DNA of 63,972 bases, filler included, from Reticulomyxa filosa (Eukaryota; Protista; Foraminifera), in NCBI GenBank assembly GCA_000512085.1. It is 20 parts of 20 records of this genome, joined end to end, with 100 filler letters (N's around TTAATTAATTAA, not from the genome) between each part and the next. Parts side by side here need not be neighbours in the genome. Positions count along the whole stretch, not along the records: positions 16,521 to 28,363 come from ASPP01006178.1; positions 28,464 to 31,499 come from ASPP01010722.1; positions 31,600 to 35,721 come from ASPP01012523.1; positions 35,822 to 38,139 come from ASPP01020672.1; 16 more parts are not named here. One strand, given 5' to 3'. Below the pieces are notes generated by a model that had not been told where the DNA came from, made no database searches, and worked only from the letters and a program-made list of their open reading frames with translations. This document shows positions 24,043-36,296 of this stretch, piece by piece. The translations under genes and the position numbers were made by a program. Every line of letters starts with the position of its first letter. Positions within the stretch are counted from its first letter, which is position 1.

Positions 24043-24835
24043 AAAATAAGAAACTGCGAATTCGTAAAATTAAAATTTGCGAGACGTAGAATGTCAACAT
24101 TTTGTAAACTAGCTTTTGTCTCTTTTTTTTCAAATTTCCTTTTTGTACAATAGCTTGCAAAAATGGCAAATCTATAATGCATTTTACAAGAAATCGATTT
24201 TCTCCATGAATGCTAAATCTTTCCTGCATTTTAAAAGTACAATCTGCTACTTATTGTTTTTTTGATTAACTGCTGATTTTGCTTTTATCGTTGCCACTTG
24301 TAGTAACGTAAAAATTATAAAAAAGACAAAAAGATTTAAAAATATCATCTTGGTAACACAGGTTTTGTTTATGTACATTCCTACAAAATTTTGAAAAATA
24401 ATATGAAAACGATGTTTTTAGAAAAAGTTATTATAAAACCAATTTCATATTTAAAAACTACAAGATTTGTATTTTTAAAAATAGTGTTAAATGTTTATTT
24501 TTCATGGAGAAAATCGATTCTCTTCATAGTGGTACAACTTAGGTATGGCAGTTTTTTGCAAACCATGCAATGAATGCACTTACTCCTTTTGCTTTATTTT
24601 TTGGTACTTTAAATCATGTAGAGTGAACTCCGCAGCTTATGGGAAGTAACCAAACAACTACTTGTTGCAAAAGTCAGGGAACTAAATGTTTCAATTTTGT
24701 GACAAGAATCTAGATTAAAAAATATTTTAAGATTCCTAAGTGTTTTCAAGCTATTGAAAATTATCAATGCCAAAAAAGGTTCAAAGCCACACTTACACTT
24801 TTATTTTGTGAGTACTCACTCTTCCCCTTTGCACA

Positions 24836-26064
24836 ATGAGCAACATGCTTCAAGAAATGGAGCATACATATCAGAGATATTTGGAGCATGAGCTCCAAGA
24901 AGTAATCTCTTTCGATGTATATTACGAATTTGCAAACGATTTGATAAACAGTTTACTGGACAAACACAGAGAAGCAGCACATTACGATAAAAAAAGGCCA
25001 TTTTCATGTGTTTATGGAGTGATATTATCTGGATGTGTACAAAAACAACTTGCCATTCCTAATGTATCTTGTGGATATTTGGTATTCTTACATCATTTAA
25101 AAGAAAAACATTTGGATTATAATAATATTGATTCACTCCAAAAAAAACAAAATGATATTCTCAAATGGATTAAACAAAGCGTCGACAAAATAAGGAAAGA
25201 ACATTGCACAGATAAAATAAAAATATTGCGACATTCGAAAGTAGCATTAAAAATTAAATGGAAAGGACTTGAATATCACATTGTAGTAGCTTGGACTTTT
25301 TCGAAAAGACAATACTGTGAATTTCATTACATCCAAAATAATGTTCATGTATATCCATTCTCTCCAGACCAATTGCAAACTGCTGCCAATGATTTGATTG
25401 ATGAAGAAGCAATACATGAAAGACATATCAAAAGTGTGGATACAATAAGTAAGCCATGGAAAAGATTTTTGGAACGCAATATGTATGCATCTTTATCTCT
25501 GCTCCGTGTGCATCAAATGAGAGAATCAACAGATAGAAATACACAGTTGGCAATATTGTTTTTAAAAGCATGGCAACATATAGCAATGAAAGATAGACAG
25601 AATCTTTCAAACAACGCTTTAGAATTCGTTTGTATTTGTTTATTCCATCAATTGAAAAAGATGCGTCAACAAACCAACACTCCAGTTTTCACGTTAGATA
25701 TTATTCGTCAATTTTTTGAAATAATGAAGCAATGTTCAATAGTTATGACTGGAACAAAGAACACAATTCTTCAAATTAATACAGGCGATCGACAAGACCA
25801 ACATGAAAGGAAACAAGGGAGCTTTAGCACTTATAATTACAACATGAAAGGTCGTGCTGCCAATGGAAATTTGAATACCGTTTTCATACGTTACCAAAAT
25901 GGAGGAAGGGAAAAGGTAAGAAAAAAGAGTCCATATTGACGTGTGTTATGTGTATGTTGTAGGACGTATGGAAAGGAAATTCAGACACTGGAATGATCTA
26001 CGTGATGCATGTGAAGGTTCATTGAGAATTGTTAGCAATGAAAATATAAATCAATTTATTAAAA
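24836..26064 (+). CDS. OAS-like (2'-5' oligoadenylate synthetase / DZF-type) nucleotidyltransferase-fold protein lacking catalytic aspartates
   Basis: Collinear match to OAS1 landmarks: CVYGVILSGCVQKQ...LVFL, [39 protein letters not shown] and WNDLRDACEGSL. The frame change at 25799-25851 is unresolved; intron 25916-25962. Confidence 0.6.
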
Positions 26065-26169
26065 GTGTTTTGGATCCCTTTAGTTATTTTTTTTTTTTTT
26101 TTTGCTCCAATGTTGTTGAGAAAAAAGTAATTTTTTTTTTTTTTACATATAACACCATCGCACAATAAA

Positions 26170-27234
26170 ATGAAATCAAAAGGAAAAGGTAAAAGGGATT
26201 CCATGGAAAGCAATGAAATTACTGACAATGTCTTCATGGTGATACGTTTTTCTGATGCTCTTGACGATACATTAAAGGACGTTTCCGAGTCACTAGCACA
26301 AATACTTATTGAACAATGTTTTTATAATTTGAAAAATAGACAGTTACCTCTAACGCTGAGACAAATAATTAATAAGTGTGAAGTATTATATAAATTCTAT
26401 AAATTGGATTTACTCTTCCTGGCAACACATTGGGGCGCGATCAAAATACGCATTGAAAGAATTCACTCAACAAAGAGGTCGAAGAATGAGTATGTTTGGG
26501 AAGGAACAAAAGGGCCGTCTCCTGCACTTGATGCAATTATTAAGAAACTGAAAATTGAGTCTATGAACAATATAAAAAAAAACCAAGAAGAAGAATATTA
26601 TACCTGCTCATCTTCTCCTTCCAGTGACGAAGATAGCAATGAAACCAACGAATTCAAGGGTATTGTTCATTATTTGTAATTGTCATCAAAAGGCAAAAAT
26701 TAAATCAATTGTCATATTTTTTTGTTATTATTGTCAATTGACGTGTTGAAACATACGTAAATAGAAGAGTCCCAGAAAAAGAATTCTAAAAATACTAAAA
26801 CTTCGAGTCACAAACCAATGATATCAACAGAAGTTCCTACGCGTGGAAAGAAGCAAACAAAAACTCAAAAACAGTCAATTGTATTAGACCCGCCTCGTCA
26901 TGACTCACAAAGCAGTGAAGATGAAAAGACAGAAGCAAAGAAACAAGATACAGTTGTGGATATGACAGCTTGTATCATTGAAAATGAATTTAATAAGAGA
27001 TGGTTCACTGCTTCTGAATTTTATTCTGTTTGTTCCAAATTATATTTAGGTCGAGTGTCTTCTGGTTGTCCAAAAGATTTGGCTACTTGTGAAAGAATTA
27101 TTTGCACTGCTAGACATCTCAACTCCAAATTCAAAATGTTTCATAGAAAAAAGAAAAGTAATGGGCGTGTTGTCAATGTTTATTACTTGTATTGCTTTCC
27201 TATTCAACAATGCCAAGTTTGCAATACCTATTGA
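26170..27234 (+). CDS. Protein or C-terminal exons with two putative winged-helix domains separated by an acidic/Ser-rich linker
   Basis: Intron 26660-26764 joins the two ORFs in frame. LTLRQIINKC...KRSKNEYVWEG and WFTASEFYSVC...KSNGRVVNVYYL look like helix-turn-helix plus wing. Confidence 0.45.
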
Positions 27235-28063
27235 ATTTCGGACTTATTCTTTTAAATTTTTTGCGCTTACTTTTAATGATCATTTCTAGTTAGTTTCGTT
27301 CAAATTAATTTTAAAACGTGCACTCTAATTTTTAGTGCTTTTTTTTTTTGTTTTCAGTGCGATATTTTTGATTATACATAAAAATTTGTCCTTTTTTTTA
27401 TTCTGTTTTCTATTTTGCCACTTAAAATTTATGAATAGTTCCCTTACGTCAAGTGATAAATCAAATTCAGACATGCAATAATGTCACGTGAAAATTGATA
27501 AACACAAGATTTAAAACTAAAATTATAAAGTCAATCTATATGACTACAAGAACATTTTGCAAAACAGTTCGAAATGTTGCATTGCGAGTGCAATATATTT
27601 ATAATGGAAAACAAATGGAATATGAAGCAAAAACAAAGAAATTTCGAAAAGAGGTCCATTGTTATTATTTGTGTGAATTAAAAACGAGTTATGACATGGA
27701 ATAACTTTGTCGTGATAAGGTGAAGTTTATGAAAATAATTTCCAAATCTGGATAGAAACTGTTTGAATAATGTGCTGTTGCTTATTCCAATTGTATCTTA
27801 GAAACCAAAATTTCACACTGTGATTTCTTCATTAGTCACGCCTTTAGTTCGCATTAGAAAACGAATCAAAGCTAGCAAATAGCTTAATTTCTGAGTTAAA
27901 AAAAATTCAAATCACTTTAAAAAATGCCACTATTGTTTAATTGGAAAATATTGGCAATGCCTCTTCTTAAAATCGAAGAAAAGGACAAGCTTTATTACAT
28001 GAAATTCCATACATAACAAGCGAAACAAAGGTAAAATTTTGTGATAACAGTTAGGTCGAATTT

Positions 28064-28363
28064 TTAGTAAGGTTCATATCTCTTGACCGCACTCTTTCCA
28101 TGCAGGTCAGACACAAAGCCAGTAGATCCTCTTTGATGATGAGATCCGTAACCTGCTGGCGAAATAGTTGTGTTGGTTGTGTGGTCTACTAAATCTTGTG
28201 AAATTGATGTAATAGTGGTTGAGGGTGGTAACTGTATCGTTGAGGCAGTTGAATTCCATGCATTCCATTGCTGTCCACTTGGCGCTTGTGCCATTGGTGG
28301 CAATGTTTGGAGCAACGCTTCATTTGTTTGTGTCGCATTTGTGGAGGCTGGATAAGAATATGG
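28064..28363 (-). CDS. 3' end of an unidentified low-complexity protein
   Basis: Open Ser/Thr/Gln-rich frame ending RYEPY-stop, with higher GC than the flanks. The 5' part is lost at the linker. Confidence 0.45.
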   Translation of the reverse strand, partial: PYSYPASTNATQTNEALLQTLPPMAQAPSGQQWNAWNSTASTIQLPPSTTITSISQDLVDHTTNTTISPAGYGSHHQRGSTGFVSDLHGKSAVKRYEPY

Positions 28364-28514
28364 NNNNNNNNNNNNNNNNNNNNNNNNNNNNNNNNNNNNN
28401 NNNNNNNTTAATTAATTAANNNNNNNNNNNNNNNNNNNNNNNNNNNNNNNNNNNNNNNNNNNNAATAATAATAATAATAATAATAATAATGTCACCTATT
28501 TCATTGGACATGTA

Positions 28515-28761
28515 TTGGATAAGGCCATTCAACGATGGCACGAATTGCTGTCTCGACACCAATTAGAAGAGCAAGAGCGAAGTGCATCCCGACTGCTGCG
28601 CGAACAGCAGGAACGAGAATATGAAGAGCTCGTACGCAGTGAATTGGAAAAAGAAGAAAAAGAACAACGAGAGCGAGAGAGACTCGAACAAGAACGCACA
28701 TCCGCGGCCACCACCTTTGACGCGAAGAAAAAAGATCACGATAGTGGTCAACAGCAACAGC

Positions 28762-28792
<31 letters not shown>

Positions 28793-29186
28793 CCACTCCC
28801 TTGACGACGACTTACAATCCAAATTGAAACTGGAAAAGGAAATGGAAAAAAAAAGCCAAGCGCGTATGCAAATCGCAACACAACAACTGAAAACTGAGTC
28901 GTCGTCGTCGTCGTCGTGCAGTCCATCACACGCGGTCAAAATTCGTGTCAGCTTGCCCAACGGCAAAAAAATTGAACGCTTGTTTGACTCGTGTCATGAC
29001 ACTGTTCAACAGCTTTTTTACTTTGTTGAGAGCCATGAACTGAGAAATTCTCAAGGCGAACTCGTCGACCAATGGGAATTAATTTGCACCTTCCCTCGTC
29101 TTCAAAAATTTGATAACCCTCTTTCCACTTTGAAAGAAGTTGGAATCACCCATCCCATCAATTTGATTGTTCAAGAAATTTTTTGA
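28515..29186 (+). CDS. UBX-domain protein (FAF1/FAF2-like), 3' part
   Basis: Coiled coil LREQQEREYEE and polyQ, then UBX: IRVSLPNGKKIERLF...TVQQLFYFV...LICTFPR...TLKEVGI. Confidence 0.88.
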
Positions 29187-30707
29187 AATTTTCTCTTTCT
29201 TTTTCTCTCTCTCTCTCTCTCTCTTTCTTTTTCTTTCTTTTGAATTGGATCCTCTTAATGTAAGTTTGTGCGGGATAGGGGCGGATTAAAAAAAACTACA
29301 ATTGTGTTCAACTTTGTTTTGTCTTGTTTTTACAGCAATCTCAATCTTTCTTTCTCACTCCCCCTTTTTTTTTTTTTTTTCTTCCTTGCCATATCCCTCC
29401 CCTTTTTCGGCTCACACATTAAGTTCAAATCTTTAAAGCTCTTGCTGCTCTTCACAACACAATGTCAAACCGGATTTTTTCCCTTTAGGTTGACAAAAAA
29501 AATTGCTTGGCACTTGTGGCTTATTTCACTTTGTAGAATTTTATCATCGTACAAATGAAAAAAGAATACAGTTCCAAGTGCATCTTGTGACCTTTTTCAC
29601 GTCAAATTTTTTGCTTTATAATTCGTTTTCGTTTTACTCAAAAGAACTTACTTATGTACTACGTTTTCGGTAGTATCCTCAGTTCCTACAATATGTTTAA
29701 GTAATCGTATAAATTCCACATTTTGCTGTTAATACTGACAGTACCAACTGAATAAAACATTATTTTGTAACTTCTATGTAAATTTTTGATTAATTTTAGT
29801 TATGTTTGTAGATTATTAAAAAGAATAAAATTGTTAAAACATTTCATATTTGCTAACAAATAAATATTGGTGCTAAATAAACTATTTAAACCAAAGGATA
29901 TATCTCTGCTCAGTTATCAACACGTTAAAATCTTGCCAAAATACAACCCGAAAATTTTGACAACACCAACACACACGAAAATAGCAGCAGTAGCAACTGA
30001 TAGGCTCAATCCAGTGTCCAGTGCCTAAGAGCAAACGAAAACAAACAAGAAATTTCTCTGTAGGGGGACACATTACCAACTGCCACCAAAGTGTGAAGGG
30101 ACTTAAATCTCTTCATTACTAAAACTTTTTCTTTTCACTTTCACCAAAGGTTTTTCTTGTTTCTTTATTTTCCGTCATTGCATTGTACCTTGTAACTTAT
30201 TTTCTTATTTGGTTTCATTGAAAAGCATTTCAGTAGCAAGTTACTTTCGCATTACACTTAAGTTGTTGCCACTCTTCCTTACTGCACTTCTTAATTTTTC
30301 GTAGCTTAGACAACAGAAGGTGCAAAGTTTGTGCACACCAATATTAAGAGATCCCATGCGTAATATCACTCAAATCCTATTGAATCAGTTGTACTTTTTG
30401 CTATTATCCATAAAATTTTTGTTGTTGAAATTAATGTTGTTTTTTATTTTATGAAAATAAAAATTATTGTTTGTGCGTAGCGCTGAATAGTTTGTTTGTC
30501 TTTTTTTTGTTGTTTTACATGCACGCTTTGCCCTGTTCAGGATAAGGCGAGTAAATTTGATTGGCAAGTTTTAGCACAGACCATGCCTTGAATCTCTAAA
30601 AAAAAAAATGCATCTGTTGCGAATTGCAACGGGACAGCGAAAAGAATTTTTTTTTTAGTACGTGGACATTATCACTTAATTCTGGGACCAAGCAACAACA
30701 AAAAAAA

Positions 30708-31499
30708 ATGTTATATTATTTCACTCTCTTGCTATTGTGTTTATTTTTGCTAATCCAAGGTAAAGCGTGTTGATTCAGTAGTTTTGTGCATGAAAGCAGA
30801 TTTGTGCAACAAGACAAAAAAAAGCAAAAAAAACAAAAAAAAAAAAAGGAAAGTATCCAACAGTGTACGAGGAATCATTAGATTTGGACTGCGACGCAGA
30901 AAGCGAGAAAAAGGTGATCAATGCGACAACAGTGGTATTTGGGAGTACATTTAAATTGAGTAACAACGGAACGCTGGACTCAATCCGCGTAATACCAAAG
31001 TTTTGGCCGTGTTCAATGAACGTATCAAAGTACATAAACCTGACAGTGTTTATATTCGAAGGAAGCCTATGGGAAGCCGGCATTGACGTGACAAACATGA
31101 GTTATCTGACAAAGTCGTATTTGAATCATAGCGCTGCATCACGACTGATCGGATACAAGTTTTTGAAGGTCGACAACGAAGACCCAGCGAAGTCGACGGC
31201 CTTCACATGCAGTCAAGTGAACCACTCAAAGATTGCCAACGAAAGCCAGCTGCACAATTTCTATAAAGTTCAGTTCAAGTTCGATTCCCCTGGCAAGTTC
31301 AACGAGGTCCCCATGAACAACGTATCCAACTATACTGCGCTTTTCCGCTACGACACGGCTGTACCCCAACAGGTCAGCATCCAAACGTTGTGTGTCGACA
31401 ACATCACCAACGCAAACATTAGTTCCCAAGCCAAGCTTCTCCAATCATATCAAAGTTACCTTCTTTACGCAACCAATTTCAGCAATAGCGTCACAGAAA
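30708..31499 (+). CDS. Secreted or surface glycoprotein, 5' part
   Basis: Signal-peptide-like MLYYFTLLLLCLFLLIQ, intron about 30760-30863, then an ORF with many N-x-S/T sequons. Truncated at the linker. Confidence 0.55.
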
Positions 31500-34019
31500 N
31501 NNNNNNNNNNNNNNNNNNNNNNNNNNNNNNNNNNNNNNNNNNNTTAATTAATTAANNNNNNNNNNNNNNNNNNNNNNNNNNNNNNNNNNNNNNNNNNNNT
31601 GAGTTAGTGACGAAATTCAAAATGGAATGTGAATACAAGTAAATTTTTTGATTTCTGCAATGACTAGGCAATTTCTAACTTAAACTTAAAGTCTTGATAA
31701 ATCGATTAAAAAAATTGCCTGGTGTAGATGCGACTTTAACAGCTGCTCGTTTCAAAAAAACTTTCAAAGGAAATACAAAAAAAAAAAAAGAAAAGTGTCT
31801 AAACACGCTCAAACAGAAAACAGGCAAAAAAAAACCATTGAGAAAAATTGCACGAAAGAAATAAACAAAGCAATTTTCTTAAGTCATTCACACTCTTGCC
31901 ATTTCTCGTTTTCAGAAAAAACAAAAAAGAAACGGCTTGCACACAGAAAGGGACAAACACAAATAAAAGACTTGATTTTACTAGAAATTTAAAACAAAGC
32001 AAAAAAAAAAAACAATGACACTTTAACGTACAGCACAACAAGAATTTTGGAAGAAGAAAAAAAGTAAATAAATAAATGTCCTGCTTGTAAAGGTTTTTAT
32101 CATGCATTTGATTTTTTTTTATATACATATACAACCAAGAGCGATATGTTTCTGGTGATTGCAATTGTGTTGGAAAACAAACAATAGAGATTCATTACCA
32201 CTTTTTTTCATAGCTTGCTATTCGATTATTTGCCATGTGATCACTTTTTTGCACAGTGGAGACTTTGGTTGCATGCACTTTCATGTCAAGTCGATTATGG
32301 ATCAACTGGGACCAAGACCAGCCCTGACCGAAGAAAAAGAACCACTAACATGAATAGGTCCATTGCCACAATGCACCTACGTCGGACTACTTTTTCTTGA
32401 TCTTTTTCCTCTTCTCTTGTCGTCATCGCATCGACGTCATCTTTGACAATTACATCATTTGTTTGAATCGCGACATTTTGGGCCATTTTAAAATTTGCAA
32501 TGCTTTATGCAATGGTCCCCAGAGTCATTGTATCTCCGCTGACAATGGTGCTTGCTTTGCACATGTTTGCAAACACTCCACAAAACTATTGCAGTCGTTA
32601 TTGGCCACGAATATTACTAACTGTGCTTTTATGTCGCTCTTTTCATTTTTTAACCATTTCATCTCCTTTTCGTTCGTTGGGTCTATGTCGCTATCTCTTT
32701 CTGTGTTTTCAAACAAAAATACACTGTCAATGTACTTAGCTCCGCTTGCTGTTTTGTTGTTTATAATGCTATGATTTGCCTTTGTCTCTCGTACCAAAAA
32801 CAACTCAGTTGATCGTCTTCTGCTGTTAATATTATCACTGTAATGTGGTCGTCACTATCAGAGATTCTGAATATTGACATTGCTTCCAAACTCGGCCTCT
32901 TTCTCTCCCAAGACGTTGTCATGTTGGAAAAAGATAGTGCTGTCGATATCTAATTTAAAATTTGATCAGTCAGAATAATTTTGCTAGTAGACTGTCCAAA
33001 AAGAAAAAACTAAACTTTTTTGTCTTTAAAGCACGTATCACACTTTAATGTATATCTGCCAAACAAAAGTGTTGTGATAAATAACAAATGATTGTTATTT
33101 CTACCGATCACTGCACGTAATCTTCTATAATTATATTGGCATCTTTGTAATTTGTTTATTGAAACTGTCTGTCAAAGGAATACATTGATTAATATTTGTA
33201 TTATTATTCCAAATATTTTTGTATTTCATAATCAATGTATGTCTTGTTTTATTATTATATTCACCAAAAGATAATATAGTTATTTCATTACACAATGTCA
33301 TTCTAATTTCACATTATTTGGATAAAAATAACATATTCTTTGGTCAAAACTTCCACAAATAAGGATTTCTTGTTTGTATACAACACATTGTGATTGCAAA
33401 AAAAAAGTAGGTAACTTTTGGAGATTTTCAAAGTCTTTCTTCATCATTTAATAATGATGTATGATGATTTTTTTTTAATTTTATCTCTTTTTAAGTGATC
33501 TTAGAAAAATAAAAATTATATTTATAATCAAATTATCAGATGTAATAGAAACTATTTGTGAAATTGATCATATGAAAAATAAATTAATTAAATGTTTCTT
33601 CATGGAGAAAATTGAATATCTTTAAAAATTAGAGTAATGATGGGGTTGATATTATTTGATTTTTAATGTTTTTTAAAATTCATTTTGAAATTTTTTTGGA
33701 GAAAGGCAAAAACAAAGGCAAAGAATTAAGCAAATAATTGCAACAACTTAAATTAAAAAATATTCAAACGAATGCGATAGAACATCAAGTAACTTAAGCT
33801 GTTATTTTTTTGTTTGCCTTTTTCAAATTTTTGTATTTGCTTCAGTTCCATTTAATAAAATTAACCTTTATTCGAAGATGTTATATATTAAAGTGTTATT
33901 TCTTTGATGTAATAATCGCTTTTGAACAATTGCAAATTGAAGGTTTACTGAGAGACATAATTCAATATCATGTTAATTAATAAACAAAAATTGTTTTATT
34001 TAATTTAATAAAAAAAACT

Positions 34020-34720
34020 TCAGTGAAATGAACTATTCCCAAATATGAATCGGATCGTTACATGTCCTTCGAATATAATTAATTGTTTTGTGTCTCCAAT
34101 ATACGAATGGTCTATCATACGACCCAGAGCAAATTGTATTCCATTTCTACCAATTACACCAATTCATCATTACCATTCTTGTTATTATTATTGTTCTGTA
34201 ATGGTGAAAAATCTACATATTTGATAGAATTTGTATTTTATTATTATTTTTATTATTGCTTTGTAATGATGAAATATCAACACAACAAACATATAATGAT
34301 TTTGATATTTTAATATCCAAAACGAATGGTACTGTGAATTTTACACAGTTTACAGAAGCTGAATGTTTATGGAATGATTGAAACAGTTTGTTATTATCAA
34401 TATCCCATACACAAATAGTTTCATCTTTGATCCAGAACAAATGAATTGACAATTATCGAGTATTGAATAATCAATATTCCACACAATACCATTATGTCTA
34501 GCGAAGTATTAATTGATTTAAATGGTGATCAAAGTGTATCAAACATAAATTGAATAGATTGTTAAATATTTAAATATTTTTTTTGGATAGTTTTTTAAAA
34601 AAGAAAGTACAAATGAACTAATATAATTGACGACAATTTTTTCTAATTCATTTATCCAGCCAAATTTGACCTGCAATGTAAGGATCCAGTATTGTACAAT
34701 TACTTAAATAACTTCTTCTT
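34020..34720 (-). pseudogene. Decayed member of the lineage-expanded WD40-repeat family
   Basis: The reverse strand reads EEEVI*VIVQYWILTLQVKFGWINELEKIVVNY, then ICSGS..ETICVWDIDNNKLFQSF..HSASVNCVKF, with stops and frameshifts. Confidence 0.7.
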
Positions 34721-35821
34721 CAGACTGTTTGAACATAAATTTACATATGATAAATAAAAAAGGCAACAGACTTTGTGAAAGGTTGTAATAAAGCTTACCA
34801 ATGCTTATTGTATTGAAGTTTTCTTTTCATTGCTAAGAGTTATCATTTGCTTTTTTTTGCCAAGATATTTTTTGATGATGTAAAAGACAACTCCTTGGAA
34901 TTGGCCAATAAGAATTTGCACTTTGTTGCCTTTGGTAATAGTTCTTCACAGATACAAGTGAGCCCGAGTTTTTCTTTTTGAGATTAATGCTGCACTGACA
35001 AAGCTATTACCTGATGCTGCCCGATATGGCGATAAGACCAATGTAGCGCAAACGAAGTAGCGTCTAGTGCAGCATTGCTTGAACGTATGGGAATGCGTGC
35101 TTATGTATAAGTCGCACTTTTTGAATCGCTATTTGAGCAAAGAGATGGATTGAACGAGAAAATACGTTTTATTGTGACCAAACGCACAATATTTTTGCAA
35201 TGGCTACGCAAAGGTGGACTGACGAAAGCGCGGTCCGCCTTGCAGAATCTGCTTGGAAAGCAGTGAAAAGATTGCTATACCAATGAAAAAGGCATATTGC
35301 GATAGCGCTTTGACAAAGATAAGACCACCTCCAAATTACAACAACATAGTCTGTTTGCATATGAAGGCAATCGAAAAGAATCCTAATGAATATCATGTTC
35401 GACAATGTCACCATCAAAAAGTTGCTGTCTGTGGAACAAGTCAGACGAGTTAATCATTTTGAAGTTGCGAATGCAAAGTGCGCTGCGGATTCAATTGGCA
35501 ACATTGCCTTGGGACGAGTCTTGGCACGTCAACTTCGTAGAAGGTCAGCTTCCAAAGCGAAAACAGGCAAGAGTCATTGCAAGCGCCTTTGCTCGGACAA
35601 AAGAATGACATGCCGAGTGAGTCCGACACCAGAAAGACAAAGAATATAATGGCGAAAATCGACGAAGAGTTGAACGAGACGACGAGGACGGGAACGATTA
35701 CGCCACGCACTCCGACCAACGNNNNNNNNNNNNNNNNNNNNNNNNNNNNNNNNNNNNNNNNNNNNTTAATTAATTAANNNNNNNNNNNNNNNNNNNNNNN
35801 NNNNNNNNNNNNNNNNNNNNN

Positions 35822-35848
35822 CGCAATTCTTTTGTATTGACTAAATAC

Positions 35849-35879
<31 letters not shown>

Positions 35880-36263
35880 GTAACATAAACAATAAATACA
35901 AATCTTGCCTTCTCTAAGGTCAGGCAGATCTTTGAGGGAATGCCTCGTAACCAAAATCAACAATTCATGGACGCAGTTGGATAAGGCCAGTTTCACAAGC
36001 GAATGAGGATACTCCCATAAATAGATAATCTGTTCCCATACATCGTCCACATAGTTCAGAAAGCCAAAACCTCCATTGGAGATAAACTGGGACACAGAGT
36101 GCAATGCCGCAGCTTTTTCTTCCATAAATCCCGTGGTTACATTCAATTTTAGATTTTTCATTTGTCCTTTGTTTGTTTTTCCAATGATTCATTTCTTTTG
36201 CATGTAATGCAAGGAAAAGAGAGGAATACTAATACAACAACAGTAATAACAATAACATTATTG

Positions 36264-36296
<33 letters not shown>

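Noticed and set aside
28501-28966. PolyC/polyV/polyL ORFs on the minus strand (similar cases at 53963-54347, 55519-55989 and 59555-59930)
   Set aside because: These are alternative-frame readings of trinucleotide or hexanucleotide repeats within real genes on the other strand.
21211-29186. p97-cofactor cluster of the PUB-ART gene and the UBX gene
   Set aside because: They are on different contigs (linker at 28364-28463), so the proximity is artificial.
32295-32921. Minus-strand coding-like segment
   Set aside because: It is interrupted by stops and has no recognisable motif. It may be a pseudogene but no call can be supported.
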